64,000 bases of DNA, from NCBI GenBank assembly GCA_964651385.1, contig CAZYYM010000002.1, positions 3,627 to 67,626 of the forward strand, written 5' to 3'. Below the pieces are notes generated by a model. The model ran no database searches. It saw nothing but the letters and a program-made list of their open reading frames with translations, and had not been told where the DNA came from. The DNA is from an uncultured Gammaproteobacteria bacterium. GTDB taxonomy: Bacteria > Pseudomonadota > Gammaproteobacteria > GCA-001735895. Shown here one piece after another: positions 60,182 through 64,000 of this stretch. Position 1 is the stretch's first letter. The number at the start of each line of letters is the position of its first letter. Made by a program: the position numbers and the translations under genes.

Positions 60182-60665
60182 TTCGCACCTCAAGCGATTA
60201 TGGATTAGCCTGCTGATCGTCGGTCTCGACCAGATCGCCAAGTTAATTGCGGAAAATCAGTTGCCGCTGCACCAGCCGGTCAATGTTTTTCCCTATTTCG
60301 ACTGGTATCTAACTTATAACTCGGGTGCTGCGTTCAGTTTTCTGGCCGAAGCAGGGGGGTGGCAACGCTGGTTTTTTGCAATTACCTCGATAGTCATCAG
60401 TGCCGTCATCGTTATCTGGATTAGAAAACTCGAAAAAGGCGACCACATTACCGCAATTTCGCTTTGTTTGATTCTCGGCGGCGCCATCGGAAATTTAATC
60501 GACCGTATCTACCTCGGTCATGTCATAGACTATATACAGGTGTGGCTGGGAACATATCCCTGGCCGGCATTTAATATTGCTGACGCTGCAATCAGTATCG
60601 GTGCCGCCATTTTGATAGTCAGTAGTTTTATCGGTTCCCGGAACACGGCCACCAGCGAGCGCTAA
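60174..60665 (+). CDS. lspA: lipoprotein signal peptidase (signal peptidase II)
   Basis: [30 protein letters not shown] and [11 protein letters not shown] are conserved LspA blocks. ATG 60174 overlaps the ileS end by 8 nt. Confidence 0.94.
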   Translation: MPDSHLKRLWISLLIVGLDQIAKLIAENQLPLHQPVNVFPYFDWYLTYNSGAAFSFLAEAGGWQRWFFAITSIVISAVIVIWIRKLEKGDHITAISLCLILGGAIGNLIDRIYLGHVIDYIQVWLGTYPWPAFNIADAAISIGAAILIVSSFIGSRNTATSER

Positions 60666-60668
60666 AAC

Positions 60669-61121
60669 GTGAGTAAAATAAACCGCAGCAGCCTGGTCAC
60701 CCTGCACTATCGCCTCGGTTTAACCGACGATATCGTGTTCGAGGACAGTTTCGACGAGGATCCTATAACTGTTCAACTCGGAAATGGTGAAATGGCCGAA
60801 GGTCTGGAACTTGCGTTACTAGGCCTGCGTCAGGGAGACGAACAAACCATCGATATTGGCCCCGATTTAGCTTTTGGTCATATCGATGAAACCATGTTTC
60901 ATGCCTTGCCCCGTAGCGAGTTCGATCCCGGCCTTGAATTGCAGGAAGGCCTGATCATTGAGTTTTCTACACCGGACGGAAATAACCTGCCGGGTACCAT
61001 CATCACTTTTGACGAAAACGAAGTCAGATTCGACTTAAACCACCCGCTCGCCGGTCAGACGGTCCGTTACAGTGTTAAAATACTCGAGGTTATCAATAAA
61101 GAGCCTCCGGTACTAAACTGA
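60669..61121 (+). CDS. fkpB: FKBP-type peptidyl-prolyl cis-trans isomerase (FkpB/SlpA type)
   Basis: [19 protein letters not shown]...[12 protein letters not shown]...[14 protein letters not shown]. Position between lspA and ispH as in E. coli. Confidence 0.9.
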   Translation: MSKINRSSLVTLHYRLGLTDDIVFEDSFDEDPITVQLGNGEMAEGLELALLGLRQGDEQTIDIGPDLAFGHIDETMFHALPRSEFDPGLELQEGLIIEFSTPDGNNLPGTIITFDENEVRFDLNHPLAGQTVRYSVKILEVINKEPPVLN

Positions 61122-62050
61122 TGGAAGTGTTACTCGCGAATCCGCGTGGTTTTTGTGCTGGTGTGGAGCGCGCCATTGAGATCGTCGAGCGGGCCATCGA
61201 ATTATTCGGCGCACCAATTTATGTTCGACATGAGGTCGTGCATAACCGGTTCGTGGTCAACGATTTAAAACACAAAGGTGCCATTTTCGTCGACGAACTC
61301 GATCAAGTGCCCGATGGATGCCATGTCATCTTTAGCGCACACGGAGTCTCCAAAGCCGTACAAAAAGAAGCCAAACGCCGCGGATTAAGCATCTTCGACG
61401 CTACCTGCCCGCTGGTCACAAAAGTGCATATGGAGGTCACACGATACAGCCGCAAAGGTATCGAAACCATACTCATCGGCCACAGAGGTCACCCGGAGGT
61501 TGAGGGCACCATGGGGCAATACGATCAATCCCAGGGTGGTGATATTTACCTGGTTGAATCTACGGATGACGTACGAAACCTGAGCGTAAAAAACCCGGAA
61601 GAACTTCGCTATGTAACCCAGACTACGCTCTCCAAGGACGATACTGCTATCGTCATCGACAGTTTATACGACGCCTTTCCAGAAATTCAGGGACCAAAAA
61701 AAGAAGATATCTGTTATGCCACTCAAAACCGACAGGATGCCGTTAAACAACTCGCAGAACAGTGTGATTTGATACTGGTGGTAGGTTCAAAAAACAGTTC
61801 CAATTCAAACCGTCTTCGTGAAATTGCCGAGAATAAACAAATTGCGGGCCATTTAATCGATTGTGCCGACGATATCAAAGTCGAGTGGCTCGTCAACAAA
61901 ACCCGAGTCGGATTGACGGCCGGGGCTTCGGCACCTGAGCTACTGGTGCAACAAGTAATCGAATTCCTGAAAAAAAATGGCGCTGGCGATGTATCGTCTA
62001 TGGGCTTCAGCGAAGACGTGATTTTTCCTTTGCCTAAATCATTGCGTTAG
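61121..62050 (+). CDS. ispH: 4-hydroxy-3-methylbut-2-enyl diphosphate reductase
   Basis: [25 protein letters not shown] and SSNSNRL, with the three cluster cysteines present. Confidence 0.96.
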   Translation: MEVLLANPRGFCAGVERAIEIVERAIELFGAPIYVRHEVVHNRFVVNDLKHKGAIFVDELDQVPDGCHVIFSAHGVSKAVQKEAKRRGLSIFDATCPLVTKVHMEVTRYSRKGIETILIGHRGHPEVEGTMGQYDQSQGGDIYLVESTDDVRNLSVKNPEELRYVTQTTLSKDDTAIVIDSLYDAFPEIQGPKKEDICYATQNRQDAVKQLAEQCDLILVVGSKNSSNSNRLREIAENKQIAGHLIDCADDIKVEWLVNKTRVGLTAGASAPELLVQQVIEFLKKNGAGDVSSMGFSEDVIFPLPKSLR

Positions 62051-64000
62051 TTCTGAGCTGAAACGGGAAAACTAATCTGAAACTCAACACCGATCTGCCG
62101 ATTCAATACGTCAATCTTACCCTCCATGGCTGATACTAACTGCTGCACCAGTGCCAGTCCAATCCCGGTGCCTACCGTCTCCCGGGTTAATTCACTTTCA
62201 CTTCGATAAAACAATTTGAATATTTTTTTCATCTGATCTTTGGCAATGCCTGGTCCATAGTCACGGACTGAAAATAGAACCCGACCCTGTTGCCGCTGAC
62301 AACTTACATTGACAATCTTTTGATCAGCGCAGGATGAAAACTTGATCGCGTTATCAACCAGATTAATCATAATTTGCGTAAACCAGTCACCGTCAATATT
62401 GATTATTGATTGTTGGCAATCGTTTGTGCAGGCCAACCTCAGTACAAAACCTGCCTGCTCAAGTTGCGATTCGAGTCGCGGGATTAGATCATTAAGTTGA
62501 AAACCCACTTTGGTTTCGGACAAATCTGCCTTTTCATCGCGACGAGTCATACGCGCGAGTTGCAACACATTGTTAATCAATCGTGATAAACGCTCGCTTT
62601 CGAAGAATATATAATCGTAGTAAGAATGTTTCCGCGTTTCATCAGCCCAGCCTTCTCTCAGCATTTCGCCATACATACGAATTGAAGTTAGTGGCGTTTT
62701 CAATTCGTGACTGACCGCAGAAACAAAATCCTGTTGTTGTTGCGCGAGGCTAATTTGCCTGGCACCGAGTCGGAAAAGCATGAAGGTGCCGCCGATTAAC
62801 ACCAGCGCGAGTAAAAACGTACTCCATAATATGATCTGATTACCAGCACCAACCGGTAAAATTGCCAGACTGAATATCAGCTCCAGATCGCTAAATGGAG
62901 CGATCAGTCTAGTTTGGTATAGTAGTTCGGAGCCCTTCAAGCCAGCGCGAGAATAATCACTGGAGTTTCGCCCACCGAATAATCGAACAACATTGCCCTG
63001 GTGTGATAAAATTAAATCACTCACCGAGGATAACACCGACTCACGGAAGGCATCGGCGACGAAACTATCGAGAAATTCTTCCTGATCAATTAATAATCCC
63101 TGCACATAACGCTCACCGTCATTCCAGACACGCCTGAATAATACCAAGTGGCCACTGTCGAGAAGACTAAACTCAAGTGGCTCGACTTCGTTTTCAAAAG
63201 TTCGTATCGGTTTTATCTGCTGCTGAGACAACAATCCGCCGATATCGATTGGTGCAGGAAAATTTTTTTTAGGCGGCGCTATCGCCGAATATTCAGATAG
63301 AACGCTTTTTTCCAACCGCGATATTATGTCTGCCCGCTTTTGTTTGGTTTCGCTCTGCTGCATTCCTTTCAACTGCGCTGCTACCTCGTAGCGATCACCC
63401 AGTTCCAGATCGGCTACCCGGTCACTGGCCTTTTCTGACCTGGTTCTTTCGCGACCAATTTTGGCTGGGCTATTTAAACTGTCAAAAAAAGACAAGCCTG
63501 AAACTTCTTCGGCCTCATAGGCGGGTTTATCATCGAGGGCTTCGGGTACAGTTTCTGCAAACGCGGTGGAAACCTGTACTTCTGGCGCGGCGACGAGGTC
63601 TTCCCTAACCTGGTCCTCTTCGATCAATTTATTTTGTTCCTTCACCAATCTGTTTTGGCCGAGAATACGGCGTAGCTTATTTTTCTGATCAAGCCGTTTT
63701 CGTAATTCATCGGCATCAATGCCGTAATTCCCGGCATTCGCTCGAGGCAATGACGGGGTCTGCAATTGACCTGCTGCATCGACCTGAAAATAACCCAGCA
63801 AACCGGCAATACCTGACTCTGACGGATTGCGTGCCAGCGGTGATCGTTGCGGAATAGCTGCCTGCTGGTCGCCGGAAATATTGAAAAAACTGTATTCGGT
63901 AATAGCTCGACTTTCCTCGCGCTTGATTAATGCGTCGAAACGCGCGTCAATTCGCAGACTCAACTCTCGCGCCAGCTGCTGATGCTGATGAAAGGTTTCC
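62047..64000 (-). CDS. sensor histidine kinase, 5' end outside the window
   Basis: The frame stays open to nt 64000 upstream of the TTG used by the ORF track. Long N-terminal region, TM helix ([20 protein letters not shown]), H-box [12 protein letters not shown] boxes ([23 protein letters not shown]). Converges on ispH with a 4-nt overlap. Confidence 0.85.
   Translation of the reverse strand, partial: ETFHQHQQLARELSLRIDARFDALIKREESRAITEYSFFNISGDQQAAIPQRSPLARNPSESGIAGLLGYFQVDAAGQLQTPSLPRANAGNYGIDADELRKRLDQKNKLRRILGQNRLVKEQNKLIEEDQVREDLVAAPEVQVSTAFAETVPEALDDKPAYEAEEVSGLSFFDSLNSPAKIGRERTRSEKASDRVADLELGDRYEVAAQLKGMQQSETKQKRADIISRLEKSVLSEYSAIAPPKKNFPAPIDIGGLLSQQQIKPIRTFENEVEPLEFSLLDSGHLVLFRRVWNDGERYVQGLLIDQEEFLDSFVADAFRESVLSSVSDLILSHQGNVVRLFGGRNSSDYSRAGLKGSELLYQTRLIAPFSDLELIFSLAILPVGAGNQIILWSTFLLALVLIGGTFMLFRLGARQISLAQQQQDFVSAVSHELKTPLTSIRMYGEMLREGWADETRKHSYYDYIFFESERLSRLINNVLQLARMTRRDEKADLSETKVGFQLNDLIPRLESQLEQAGFVLRLACTNDCQQSIINIDGDWFTQIMINLVDNAIKFSSCADQKIVNVSCQRQQGRVLFSVRDYGPGIAKDQMKKIFKLFYRSESELTRETVGTGIGLALVQQLVSAMEGKIDVLNRQIGVEFQISFPVSAQN

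Overview
Dense chromosomal segment of a gammaproteobacterium. The gene orders plsC-gmhB-glyS-glyQ, mpl..ubiX, thiD-hemL, yicC/rph, coaBC/radC and rpsT-murJ-ribF-ileS-lspA-fkpB-ispH resemble Pseudomonas-like and marine gammaproteobacterial genomes, but the exact taxon cannot be determined from the sequence. I support about 62 protein-coding genes, one of them a 59-codon ORF that falls below the ORF-track cutoff. I found no rRNA, tRNA, CRISPR array, transposase, integrase or phage gene. All product calls rest on motifs I recognise in the translations; no database search was possible.

Most of the window is housekeeping:
- translation: glyQS, ileS, rpsT, L31
- heme: hemL, hemB, hemW
- cofactor synthesis: ubiX, ribF, coaBC, ispH, thiD-like
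- peptidoglycan recycling and export: mpl, ampG, an MpaA-like M14 peptidase, murJ
- DNA repair: recQ, xthA, radC, rdgB

The stretches that look accessory or unexplained are:
1. An AT-rich PEP-CTERM cargo gene next to a DUF427-cyclase fusion (3.7-6.1 kb).
2. An ABC importer with CMD-like, 2OG-oxygenase and unknown-enzyme genes, plus a 20/21 inverted repeat bracketing 126 nt of spacer (6.3-12.2 kb).
3. A Hanks kinase fused to a cNMP-binding domain, wedged between mpl and ubiX (22.2-23.5 kb).
4. An AT-rich SBP / hybrid histidine kinase / SBP module joined to thiD-hemL (28.2-31.8 kb).
5. A 366-bp AT-rich intergenic region with three consensus DnaA boxes, flanked by a 12-nt direct repeat (44.5-44.9 kb).
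6. A split ACAD10/11-like dehydrogenase plus kinase pair (44.9-47.1 kb).
7. An insertion between aroE and murJ carrying a secreted protein with a sorting-signal-like segment, a His/Tyr/Gly-rich mini-protein, and an RHH gene overlapping the unlisted 59-codon ORF (52.1-54.7 kb).

None of these matches a known defence or mobile system. I rank the DnaA-box locus, the RHH two-gene cassette and the kinase-cNMP fusion as the most worthwhile follow-ups.
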